This document shows, piece after piece, positions 1-8,798 of a DNA stretch of 32,000 bases. Both the position numbers and the translations under genes were made by a program. The DNA lies in assembly GCA_048886185.1 (NCBI GenBank), contig JBHLKY010000007.1:1-32000 (forward strand). The letters are read 5' to 3'. The notes under the pieces are model-generated. The model was given only the letters and a program-made list of their open reading frames with translations. It ran no database searches and had not been told where the DNA came from. Source of the stretch: Candidatus Hermodarchaeota archaeon (lineage in GTDB: Archaea; Asgardarchaeota; Heimdallarchaeia; Hodarchaeales; Hodarchaeaceae). Numbering within the stretch: the stretch's first letter is position 1; every line of letters begins with the position of its first letter.

Positions 1-2
1 GG

Positions 3-182
3 AAATCACTAGACTCATTTGATGTTGTAAAAAGCATTGTAACCGTTGGAGACAAAGAGGAAGATGCTTATATCCATCACTTCATGGACATTGGTGCTAA
101 TTGGCTATTAGAGGCTCTCTGGCCAGAACGGTGTTCTTTGAAGGAAATTCAAAAGATAATCGAAAGAGGACCTCCAGAATAA
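3..182 (+). CDS. C-terminal fragment of an LLM-class (luciferase-like) flavin/F420-dependent oxidoreductase; gene begins before the window
   Basis: The frame opening at nt 3 reads KSLDSFDVVKSIVTVGDKEEDAYIHHFMDIGANWLLEALWPERCSLKEIQKIIERGPPE* (TAA 180-182). GAxWxLE...I..GPP resembles the C-terminus of LLM-family proteins. Absent from the ORF track because it lacks a start. Confidence 0.6.
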   Translation, partial: KSLDSFDVVKSIVTVGDKEEDAYIHHFMDIGANWLLEALWPERCSLKEIQKIIERGPPE

Positions 183-407
183 ATATTCAAAAATTTGAAC
201 CACATGGTGATTTTCTAAGGTATATGAGACTTAGTGGGAGAAAAGGCTGTCCTACTCCATTCTATAGGATGCGTGTGAATTAAGAATATCAGGTTATTAC
301 CCATATCATTAATTTTTTTCATATCAAGGCGTAATTGATTGAAAGGTTGGAGTATGTGTTAAGCGTCCAAAAGTTCATTTCGCGACATTTTATAGAATGT
401 TATTTAA

Positions 408-475
408 CCAACGTTTAACTCAAGAAAAGCTTTATATTTGCCCTATATAGTCTATTTGTCATTTATCTTCAATTA
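408..475 (+). repeat. Copy 1 of a 68-bp direct repeat containing an archaeal BRE/TATA box
   Basis: Ungapped alignment with 1017..1084 gives 59/68 identical; contains GAAAAGC-TTTATAT. Confidence 0.8.
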
Positions 476-1016
476 TATGATTTTGTCTATAAGTTTTGAC
501 AAAAATTATTACAAGCATCTAAGGTGTTAATCAAAAACTTGTATGTAAGATAAAAAGGTAACATCATTCAGAATTTAAGTAGACCAGGAAAGATAATAAT
601 CAAAAATAATTGTTTTCATTTTCGTTTTATGGTAATTTACATGATAATGAAGAAGATGGTTTTATTTTCTTTTTCTTCCCTCGACGATATGGCTTCGTTT
701 TCTCTGCGAGTTTACGCATCCTGTTTGCGTTTTCATGTTCAATATTTATTATATAATGAAGTACTCCGAACAATTTAATTCCCAGTTAATTTTCATTATT
801 CGTCTCTAATCTCTATATAAATGAGAGTCCAAACAAGTAAAAAAAGCTTTCTATTGTTTTCCATATTTCACGCTCCATTTCTGCATATAATACAGTGTAA
901 ATCTAGGAGGTTGTGATCCCTGTATGTACTCACTAGAATGATAAAACAAGATTGATTTTTTCCTGAGTTGAACATTTACATTTTAAAAGAAATTTTAAAA
1001 AAAAACGAATGTAATA

Positions 1017-1084
1017 CCAACGTTTAATTCATGAAAAGCTTTACATATGCTTTATATAGTCTATATGTCATTTATCTTTAGTTA
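1017..1084 (+). repeat. Copy 2 of the 68-bp direct repeat with BRE/TATA-like core
   Basis: CCAACGTTTAATTCATGAAAAGCTTTACATATGCTTTATATAGTCTATATGTCATTTATCTTTAGTTA; 9 mismatches to copy 1. Confidence 0.8.
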
Positions 1085-1158
1085 AACAGCATCAGTCTCG
1101 TTTCTGATACCCCTGTTCCTCGTACCTCAGAAGACAGAAAGCATTCTGTTCTGCTTCT
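1085..1158. other. Two adjacent imperfect stem-loops directly after repeat copy 2
   Basis: AACAG-C-ATCAG-[TCTCGTTT]-CTGAT-ACCC-CTGTT (1085-1117) and AGAAG-ACAGAA-[AGCA]-TTCTGT-TCTG-CTTCT (1129-1158). Confidence 0.3.
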
Positions 1159-1357
1159 CTTAAGAATCAAGAACAAACCAATAATCTATTAATCGCGTAG
1201 TTTCTTTCTGTGTAATACATTATAAGGAAAAAATTCTAGAAGTACTATTTTATCAAACAAATTAGTTTTCCTAAAAATGATTAACAAATTCTCCTTTGGA
1301 TTGAAGTTTAGACCTAGTATAGTTTTTAAATAAAATAAATTACATATATAACCTTCT

Positions 1358-2299
1358 TTACAAATTTGAAATAACTTCATCCTTAAATGAAATTAATTTA
1401 TCCTTCATTTCAGAAATATTATTCGTAGGTCTCAGATCTGAAATCATCATTTTTACTCCTAAGTCTGTTGCTTGTCTAAACTTATTAACAAGAATTTCTG
1501 GAGTTCCAATAAATCCATACTGCTTAAGTTCCTCTTTAGGCCTTTTTCCTTTCGTTACCAGGTCTTTAATTATCATATCATATTCTTCATTATTCTTTGC
1601 AATGTGAATAGCCGAGAAACCAGAAATGAAGAAATCACTCAATCGTTTATTGTTTTTTTCTAATTCTGGTTCTAATAATTCAATTTTTTCTTTTAGAGAT
1701 TTTAAATTTCTAAAATTATTGAAACCATCAGCATATTTTGCAGTAATTTTTATCATTCGTGGCTTATCTGCCCCAACTGATATTCTAAATGGATTTTGGA
1801 TTGGTTGAGGAATATTGATTGCATTATTTAATTTCCAATACTTACCATCATAAGAAAAAGTTTCATTGTGTAACATTCCTCGTAAAATTTGCAGTGCTTC
1901 TTCGAAACGATCAACCCTTTCTTTCGCTGAAGGCATTCCACGTCCTTTTTCCATTAGATCATATCCTTCATATTCTGGTTTATTCCATCCTGCTCCTATT
2001 AACAATTCATACCGTCCATTTGTCATTTGATCTAAAGTTGCTATTGATTTTGCAAGAAAAGCAGGATTCCTTAATGAGTTGAACAATACACTATGTCCCA
2101 AACGGATTTTCTTTGTTTGGACACCTATCCCAGTCATTGCTGACCAAGCTTCAAGATAAGGTTCCTTACCCTCATTAGCAAATCCATGAACGTGATCATT
2201 TAAAAAAACTCCAAAATAATCTAATTTTTCAGCCTGTTGTGCTAACTCCAACATGCTTGAATAAGTTGTTCCTGCTCTAATATAAACTCCAAATTTCAT
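1358..2299 (-). CDS. LLM-class flavin-dependent oxidoreductase (probable F420-dependent)
   Basis: 313 aa with NDH motif, EAWSAMTGI, RLGHSV, RNPAFLAKSIATLDQMTNGR, GAGW...EY, PQPIQ and GTPE motifs. Confidence 0.9.
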   Translation of the reverse strand: MKFGVYIRAGTTYSSMLELAQQAEKLDYFGVFLNDHVHGFANEGKEPYLEAWSAMTGIGVQTKKIRLGHSVLFNSLRNPAFLAKSIATLDQMTNGRYELLIGAGWNKPEYEGYDLMEKGRGMPSAKERVDRFEEALQILRGMLHNETFSYDGKYWKLNNAINIPQPIQNPFRISVGADKPRMIKITAKYADGFNNFRNLKSLKEKIELLEPELEKNNKRLSDFFISGFSAIHIAKNNEEYDMIIKDLVTKGKRPKEELKQYGFIGTPEILVNKFRQATDLGVKMMISDLRPTNNISEMKDKLISFKDEVISNL

Positions 2300-2457
2300 A
2301 AATTATCCTTCCAAAATTCCTCTTTTATTACAAATTTTCTCTTCTGTTCTTCTGGAGAAGTAAAAGGGAAGATATAGGTATCCTTTTTTGGAATTGTACA
2401 ACCTGAAAGTAGAAATAATGTTGTTACTATAATCACTAGCAGATTAACTTTTTTCAT
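2296..2457 (-). CDS. Small (53 aa) lipoprotein-like protein
   Basis: From the second Met: MKK, hydrophobic stretch VNLLVIIVTTLFLL, lipobox-like LSGC. Its TGA overlaps the ATG of the LLM gene (ATGA). Confidence 0.45.
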   Translation of the reverse strand: MKKVNLLVIIVTTLFLLSGCTIPKKDTYIFPFTSPEEQKRKFVIKEEFWKDNL

Positions 2458-2525
2458 TTTACTAAAGCTTTCATTCATATAAATTCCCAGTGAAATGATA
2501 AACTGAATTTAAATAAAAATTTAGG

Positions 2526-2750
2526 TTATGGCATAAAATGCTTATTTGAATAACATTTATGGGAAACTATATGACCTTCTATTACATTTTTATTCTTTAT
2601 AAAATAAGGATCTAATATTACCAATACTTCTTTCTCTAAGACTTCATTATTCCATCTTTCTTGTTTCTTTTTGAGTTCTATCAAGAATTTATTTCAGAAT
2701 TCTTCTTTAGGATAAACAATTCTGATGATAATTTCACTTACAAAGATCAT
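2526..2750 (-). pseudogene. Short ORF of unknown function interrupted by an in-frame TGA
   Basis: AAGG then ATG at 2750: MIFVSEIIIRIVYPKEEF*NKFLIELKKKQERWNNEVLEKEVLVILDPYFIK...; TGA at 2696-2694 is codon 19. No family recognised. Confidence 0.25.
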
Positions 2751-3388
2751 CCTTATTATAATAGTCTAACCTTTTTTCTTAACACGTATATATGATTTAT
2801 ATATATATTTTAAAAACTCCTATCTGCCTGTTAACGTTGGTAGTATTCATGAACCTCCTTATGTTCCTATAATTTTAAATCTGATCCAAATTTCTGAAAC
2901 ATAGAATTCAAGTTTTGAACTCTTAGAGTACATGGAATTAAATGAATAACCAATGAGTTTATGAATTACAAGAAAATAAAATGTAAAAATACTTTATATA
3001 AATTCACTAGATTCGAAATGAGTGAAAATTAATGTCATAAAAAGTAAATGGGAATCACTTCAATACTGAAGTGATCCACAAGAATACAATTTAACTCTTT
3101 CTAAAGAAAATGAATGAGGGCTTTTCTTGGTGAGAAAATTATATTCGTTGAGTAATTAACACTTTAGTAAATATAAATAGTAAAGTAAAATTAAACTAGA
3201 TATTAAAAAATTAATTAAAGCGAATTTTAATAGGGGGATTCCTAGGTCGTCATTCCAAAAAAATATTTTGTGAATGAAATAATATTAATTGTTAAATGTT
3301 TTTAGAAGTAATGAAGTTGTTTAATTACGTAAAATTTGTATATATCTGAACTTGAGAGAAATTTTTCCTCCCATATTAATGTAATGAT

Positions 3389-3610
3389 TCAGTGTACCAA
3401 TTCAATGTGTTCTTCCAATTCAATCATATCTTTAAGAGCTTCTAATCTTATGAAATCTTCTGATATCTCATAACCACATGTTGTACACACAAAAAATATT
3501 CTTAGTACATTACCATTCAGAAATTTCATTCTCCCTTTAAAATCTAATTCAACTTCGTCATTAGGACTAATTCTTTTGCAAGAAGGGCATTTCTTCATTT
3601 TAATCATCAT
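3389..3610 (-). CDS. Small zinc-ribbon protein
   Basis: 73 aa with two CxxC knuckles (CPSC, CTTC) and an acidic helical tail. Confidence 0.6.
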   Translation of the reverse strand: MMIKMKKCPSCKRISPNDEVELDFKGRMKFLNGNVLRIFFVCTTCGYEISEDFIRLEALKDMIELEEHIELVH

Positions 3611-3966
3611 TTTTATTCTTAATTAGAATTTAAATTAGAAATATTTTCTATGACATTTTATCACAGATTAATATAAATAGATTAACTTAAGACGAGTTAA
3701 ATTGGAAAAAATACTATTAAATTTAATTTTACTAAAAAAAAATTATGGTTAATTCGATTATTTTCTATTTCTTTCAGAGAAAAAATAAATAGATATGTAT
3801 AAGTTAATATAGATGACTGCAATCAATAAATCTGTAGATAAAGTAGTTATAATTTATTTAATGCATGAATTACTCAATTTGAATCAAGTAATGACTATAA
3901 AAAATAGTGATTACAATAATCTTAAAATCGAAAAAGTAAGTTCGATTCCAACAAGACGTGATTTAA

Positions 3967-5088
3967 TTGAAGATCTTAGTCGTTGACGACGACAAGTATT
4001 TCCTAAGACAAATGGAAAAGTTGTTGAAACGTGATGATCATTCTGTTATAACTTCTTCTTCAACTAAAGACGCCTTAGACAAAATTAACGATTTTAATTT
4101 TGATTTAATTTTAACAGATTTAAAAATGCCAAAATACGATGGAATAGAACTCATTAAAAAAGCGAGAATCGCAGGTAATAAATCAATATTCATAGTTATT
4201 ACAGGTTATGGCACCATAGAATCAGCTGTGGAAGCAATTAAAATTGGTGCATACGATTACATCTTAAAACCTTTTGAAATGCCAATCCTAAGAAAAAAAA
4301 TAAATGAAATATCTAAAGATATTCATTTAAGGCAACTGATTAAAGCTCCACGAATATTAGAAAAATTGGATATAACTCATGTTTTTGATTATGAAACAAT
4401 AAAGAAAGAATTAGAATCATTTTGCTTAATAATATCTGATAAAGATCCCGATACTCTTGCTGATAAATTCCATATTGAGAATTATAAACCGTTATTGTTT
4501 AAAATTGAATCAAATGAGAATATTCTTGATAATTTGAAGGAAGAGATTAAAAACTTCTCTGAAAATCACACTTCCGGAACAATCATAATTTCAGGAATCG
4601 AAACGCTGCCAAAAAAGTATGATTGGCAAGATATAAGGAAATTTTTAGTTTTCATGCAATATCTCTTAACCAAAGAAATAAAACTCGTTATTTTACTTGA
4701 AAATAAGGATGCATTAGGGCCTTTAAAGGAAACGTTCTCACTTCTGTTGAGTCCTACTTTTGAGAAAATAGTTGAGATAATAGCTCATCCTTTGAGAAAA
4801 AGAATAATCATTACTTTGAGAAATAATTTAGAGCTAAGCTACAATGAAATTTTAACTAACTTAGCAATCGAGAGTTCACCTGTTCTTGCTTTTCACCTCA
4901 AGAAACTTATCAAGGAGGAAATTCTTCAAAAAACTATAAAAGAAACCTCATATTATGCCCTAACTAATAAAGGTATTTATCTTGCTGAAGTAATTGCAGT
5001 GTTAGAGGATTTAGGGAGTAAATCACCATTTTCCTCGTTTTCGTATCGATTTATCACAGAAAAAAAAGGAAATGAGGAACTTCAATGA
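3967..5088 (+). CDS. Response regulator: REC, DUF835-like middle domain, C-terminal winged helix-turn-helix
   Basis: Intact REC (VVDDD, LTDLKMP, ITGYG, LKPF). Middle CLIISDKDP...IIISGIETL...IRKFL resembles DUF835. C-terminal AHPLRKRII...LSYNEI...LAFHLKKL...YALTNKG is an ArsR-like wHTH. TTG start. Confidence 0.85.
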   Translation: MKILVVDDDKYFLRQMEKLLKRDDHSVITSSSTKDALDKINDFNFDLILTDLKMPKYDGIELIKKARIAGNKSIFIVITGYGTIESAVEAIKIGAYDYILKPFEMPILRKKINEISKDIHLRQLIKAPRILEKLDITHVFDYETIKKELESFCLIISDKDPDTLADKFHIENYKPLLFKIESNENILDNLKEEIKNFSENHTSGTIIISGIETLPKKYDWQDIRKFLVFMQYLLTKEIKLVILLENKDALGPLKETFSLLLSPTFEKIVEIIAHPLRKRIIITLRNNLELSYNEILTNLAIESSPVLAFHLKKLIKEEILQKTIKETSYYALTNKGIYLAEVIAVLEDLGSKSPFSSFSYRFITEKKGNEELQ

Positions 5089-6749
5089 GCTTGAAAAAGA
5101 ATCAAGGCAAACAAAATACCTCATGGGACGATTTATTTTTAGAATTTACCAGAATTAAGGAATTAATAAACCAGAATAGAGAGAATATTAACGTAAATAA
5201 GGATAATATAAATCAGTTTCTTATTAACTTGGAGAAAAAATCTTTAGAACTAAAAAGGTCTCACACATTAACCATTCATAACTTAAATGAACGTGTTAAA
5301 GAACTCAAATGCCTTTATGAAATTTCTAAAATTTTTAAAGATTCTAGTGCAAATCTAAGCGAAATTTTACAGAAAGTTGTACATTTAATACCACCTGCAT
5401 GGCAGTATCCAGAGATAACATGTGCAAGCCTTTCTTACATAGAAAAAGATTATATTACAAAGAATTTTACCAGAACTCCTTGGGAATTATCATCACCAAT
5501 AATACTTGGTGATGTAACTGTCGGAAAAATTGACGTTTTTTACACGGAACACAGACCAGAACATGAAGAAGGTCCATTTTTACTAGAAGAGAGGTTTTTA
5601 CTAAATACTTTAGCTATAAATATAGGAGAACTGATTAAACGCTGGAAAATTGAAGATGAACTGAGAAAATCAAAAGAATTACTTGAAAAAACGTTCATTA
5701 GCCTAGACAGCGCAATTTTTATCTTAAATAATGAAAATCCTCCACGTATCTTGGATATAAATCCTGCTGTAACAAGGATTTTTGGTTATTCGAAAGAAGA
5801 GATTTATAATGAAACAACTGAATTTCTTCATGTGAATATTGGGAAATTTAAGGAATTTCAAGATTCTTTTGCCCGTATTTTTCAAAAAGATAAGGTTCTT
5901 AGCAACTTTAAATTTCAATTTAAAAGAAAAAATGGTGAAATCTTCCCAACAGAAATTTTTGTTTCTCCTTTATTAGACGAAGAAAGAAAAAGAATAGGAT
6001 GGCTAAGTGTTATTAGAGACATCACTAAACGTGAACAAATGGAGAAAGAACTTCTTGAAAAACAGAAACTAGCTTCTATTGGGCAACTCGCTGCAGGTGT
6101 TGCACATGAATTAAATACTCCTTTAGTAAATATAAATTTGACCTTAGAAGTTCTTTCAGATATCGTAAACCAAAATTCAGAGTTTTCAACCCAAATATTA
6201 GAGGAAATGCAGGGAATAAGAACGCAAACCAATATTTGTAAGCAAATTGTAAAAAACCTTTTACTGTTCTCACGTGAGTTCAAAATTTCTCAAGAAGAAA
6301 CTGATTTAAAACCTTTAATAACCGAAGTTATTTTGTCTCCAGTGATAAAAAAAGAATTGAATAATAAACAGATTAAATTAATAAAGGAAATTGATGATAA
6401 TATAATTCTTTTTGCAGATAGAGAATTAATAAGACAATGCTTTATTAATTTGATACGAAATTCGATTGATGCCCTAGAGGATGTTAAAGACAACCCATTC
6501 ATCAAAATCAAGGGAAAAATTATAAATAACTCTGTAGAAATCATCTTTATAGATAATGGAACTGGTATTAAGAAAGAAGATCTTCCAAGGATTTTTGAAC
6601 CTTTTTTCACGACAAAAGATGTTACAAAAGGGACGGGTCTTGGTTTAGCAATCACTCGAGGAATTATTGAAAAACATAATGGTTATATCAATGTTAAAAG
6701 TAAATTTGGGGAAGGTACAGAAGTAAAAATAACCCTAAAGACCGTATAA
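5085..6749 (+). CDS. Soluble PAS-domain sensor histidine kinase
   Basis: H-box GVAHELNTPL, N-box FINLIRNSIDA, DNGTGI, IFEPFFTTK, GTGLGL; PAS/PAC (NPAVTRIFGYSKEE...KRKNGEIFPTE...IRDIT); N-terminal GAF-like block (PPAWQYPE). ATGA overlap with the regulator; no TM helix evident. Confidence 0.95.
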   Translation: MSLKKNQGKQNTSWDDLFLEFTRIKELINQNRENINVNKDNINQFLINLEKKSLELKRSHTLTIHNLNERVKELKCLYEISKIFKDSSANLSEILQKVVHLIPPAWQYPEITCASLSYIEKDYITKNFTRTPWELSSPIILGDVTVGKIDVFYTEHRPEHEEGPFLLEERFLLNTLAINIGELIKRWKIEDELRKSKELLEKTFISLDSAIFILNNENPPRILDINPAVTRIFGYSKEEIYNETTEFLHVNIGKFKEFQDSFARIFQKDKVLSNFKFQFKRKNGEIFPTEIFVSPLLDEERKRIGWLSVIRDITKREQMEKELLEKQKLASIGQLAAGVAHELNTPLVNINLTLEVLSDIVNQNSEFSTQILEEMQGIRTQTNICKQIVKNLLLFSREFKISQEETDLKPLITEVILSPVIKKELNNKQIKLIKEIDDNIILFADRELIRQCFINLIRNSIDALEDVKDNPFIKIKGKIINNSVEIIFIDNGTGIKKEDLPRIFEPFFTTKDVTKGTGLGLAITRGIIEKHNGYINVKSKFGEGTEVKITLKTV

Positions 6750-6937
6750 CAGAATTATGTACTATTAGTAGATCATTTGAACTTCTCAATGTTTCTAGTA
6801 TTGTTTATGGCATTTCCTTCTTGAACATGTAATAGATACAATTACATTGATTTATGACAATTTCTAAAAGATAACCAAGTCATTTACTTCTTAAATCAAA
6901 AAAAGTCCACAATAAACTTAAGTATATTCATTTAAAG

Positions 6938-6957
6938 TTGAACAGGAACCTGTTAAA
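6938..6957. promoter_or_regulatory. Candidate operator palindrome upstream of the glutamate-synthase-like gene
   Basis: TTG-AACAGG-AA-CCTGTT-AAA, located between a BRE/TATA-like AATAAACTTAAGTA (6911-6924) and the SD GAGGTG (6973-6978). Confidence 0.4.
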
Positions 6958-6986
6958 GGTTCAAAATTGAATGAGGTGCGCTTTTC

Positions 6987-8615
6987 TTGACAACACTAGG
7001 AATTGCAAATAAAGGAATATTAAATAAACGTGATTCAACAAAAACAAAAACAAGAGTGTCGGATATTAATCCTCAATCTGGAATGTGTCCGTTATGTGTG
7101 AAATCCTGTTCAATAATGTGCGAAATTAGCAAATCCGCTATACGAGGAAAAGAGACTCTATATCCTGAACCTGAAGAGTTCGGTGCAAGTACAGCATCAA
7201 GTAATAAGTATTATGGCCTTGGATGGGAGGATTTTCAAATCATGGTACAAGTCCAAGGAGCTCGTGGTATTGAGGCTGACAGTGACAAAGCAATTTTTCC
7301 AAACGTTGATATAACAACCCAAATAGGTGGTGTACCTATGAAAGTACCTGTATTCACGGCAGGTCTTGGTTCAACAGCAGTAGCGAAGAATAATTGGGCT
7401 AGTTTAGCTGGTGGTGCTGCTCTTGCAGGAGTTGTACAGGTAGTTGGAGAAAATGTTTGTGGAATGGATCCTGACAGTAAATTCAAGGAAGAAAATGGAA
7501 AAAGAAAAATCGTTAGTTCACCAGATATGGAATTTAGAATAAGAGCTTATCGTGATTGGTGGGATGGAAATTATGGAGAAATAGTGGTTCAAACTAATGT
7601 TGAAGATCAAAGATTAGGTGTTGACCTATATTCTCTAAATAAATTAGAAGTTAATATTATTGAACGAAAGTGGGGTCAAGGAGCTAAGGCAATTGGTGGT
7701 GAAGTACGACTCCATTCATTAGAACGAGCCAGGCAACTTAAAAGCCGAGGATATATTGTTATCCCTGATCCAGACGATCCAACTATTGTAGAAGCCTTTA
7801 AAGATGGAGTTTTTAAAACTTTTGAGAGACATAGCCGTGTTGGAATGCCAGAATTTAAAGGAATGATAGAGGATATTGTATGGCTTCGTGATAATGGGGC
7901 CAAAAAAGTTTTCATGAAAACTGGAGCCTATCGTCCAGTCGATTGCGCTTTCACCTTTAAGGTGGCCTCTGAAACAAAGATTGATCATTTAACCTTCGAT
8001 GGCGCTGGAGGCGGAACAGGAATGTCTCCAGTTCCAATGATGAATGAAGCTAGCACACCAACAGTCTATCTTTTGGCACAAATGCTCAACTGTGCAAAAA
8101 TTCTTAAAGGAAAAGGCCGCCATGTACCAACACTATCTATTGCCGGAGGTATCATTGAAGAGTCAACAATTTTCAAAGCTATTGCGATATCGAACTTAGA
8201 TGGTAAAGAACCTTTAATTAAGGCAATAGCGATGGCACGAGCACCAATAACTGCAGCTTTTAAAGGTACTCATTTTGCTGAACTGGCTAGAGAAAATAAC
8301 CTACCAAAATCCTTTGTTCAAAAATATGGTGATGATCCAGATATTTATATGGTTGCTTCACCTAAGCTAAGGGATAATTGGGGTAATAATTACAGAAATA
8401 TACCAAAAGGTGCGATTGGAGTATATACTTACTATTATGATAGAATAGGTACAGGTCTGAAGCAATTATTAGCTGGATCAAGAAAGTGGAAAATTGATGC
8501 CCTTGATAGAGATGATATTTGCTCACTAAGCCAATTAGCTACAGATGTTACTGGCATACCAATGGCTCATAACTATCAAAAAGAGGAAATGGAAAAAATT
8601 TTACTGGACTGGTGA
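6987..8615 (+). CDS. Stand-alone FMN-binding glutamate synthase family protein
   Basis: 542 aa with GltB FMN-domain-like motifs (KWGQGAKAIGGE, MKTGAY, TFDGAGGGTGMSP, IAGGI, IAMAR) and N-terminal CPLCVKSCSIMC; no glutamine amidotransferase domain. SD GAGGTG, TTG start. Confidence 0.85.
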   Translation: MTTLGIANKGILNKRDSTKTKTRVSDINPQSGMCPLCVKSCSIMCEISKSAIRGKETLYPEPEEFGASTASSNKYYGLGWEDFQIMVQVQGARGIEADSDKAIFPNVDITTQIGGVPMKVPVFTAGLGSTAVAKNNWASLAGGAALAGVVQVVGENVCGMDPDSKFKEENGKRKIVSSPDMEFRIRAYRDWWDGNYGEIVVQTNVEDQRLGVDLYSLNKLEVNIIERKWGQGAKAIGGEVRLHSLERARQLKSRGYIVIPDPDDPTIVEAFKDGVFKTFERHSRVGMPEFKGMIEDIVWLRDNGAKKVFMKTGAYRPVDCAFTFKVASETKIDHLTFDGAGGGTGMSPVPMMNEASTPTVYLLAQMLNCAKILKGKGRHVPTLSIAGGIIEESTIFKAIAISNLDGKEPLIKAIAMARAPITAAFKGTHFAELARENNLPKSFVQKYGDDPDIYMVASPKLRDNWGNNYRNIPKGAIGVYTYYYDRIGTGLKQLLAGSRKWKIDALDRDDICSLSQLATDVTGIPMAHNYQKEEMEKILLDW

Positions 8616-8624
8616 TATTTCAAA

Positions 8625-8675
8625 GAAAAAGAGGAAAAGAGGGAGCTAATCCTTTCTTTATCTCTATCTTTTTTC
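8625..8675. terminator. Imperfect purine/pyrimidine inverted repeat between convergent genes; possible bidirectional terminator
   Basis: GAAAAAGAGGAAAAGAGGGA-GCTAA-TCCTTTCTTTATCTCTATCTTTTTTC starting 10 nt after the stop at 8615. Confidence 0.35.
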
Positions 8676-8798
8676 AATTATGCAATTGATTTTACTAGTA
8701 CTAGAACTTTTGAACGAATATGAATAATCCAACTTGTGATCTGAAAGACTCAGATAACAATTTTATGTCTAGTTTCTCAAAATGTTACCATAATCACT

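Noticed and set aside
228-256. Weak hairpin AGTGGGA...TCCTACT
   Set aside because: Only 7 bp including a G-U pair with a 10-nt loop; expected by chance.
101-283. 60-aa ORF from the track
   Set aside because: Overlaps, in another frame, the more protein-like LLM C-terminal fragment at 3..182 and has no recognisable motif.
628-880. Minus-strand basic fragments such as NRMRKLAEKTKPYRRGKKKK
   Set aside because: Broken by stops with no family recognisable; cannot be called a transposase remnant.
1085-1117. GAAA and CUGAUG on the minus strand suggesting a hammerhead ribozyme
   Set aside because: The core reads CUGAUGC rather than CUGANGA, and there is no room for the three stems.
1189-2082. Short ORFs 1189..1380, 1472..1663, 1626..1808 and 1819..2082
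   Set aside because: Mostly antisense or overlapping shadows of the LLM gene with no motifs.
2694-2696. In-frame TGA as possible selenocysteine or recoding
   Set aside because: The context EEF*NKF suits a mutated Trp, there is no redox motif or visible SECIS, and genes in this window use TGA as a normal stop.
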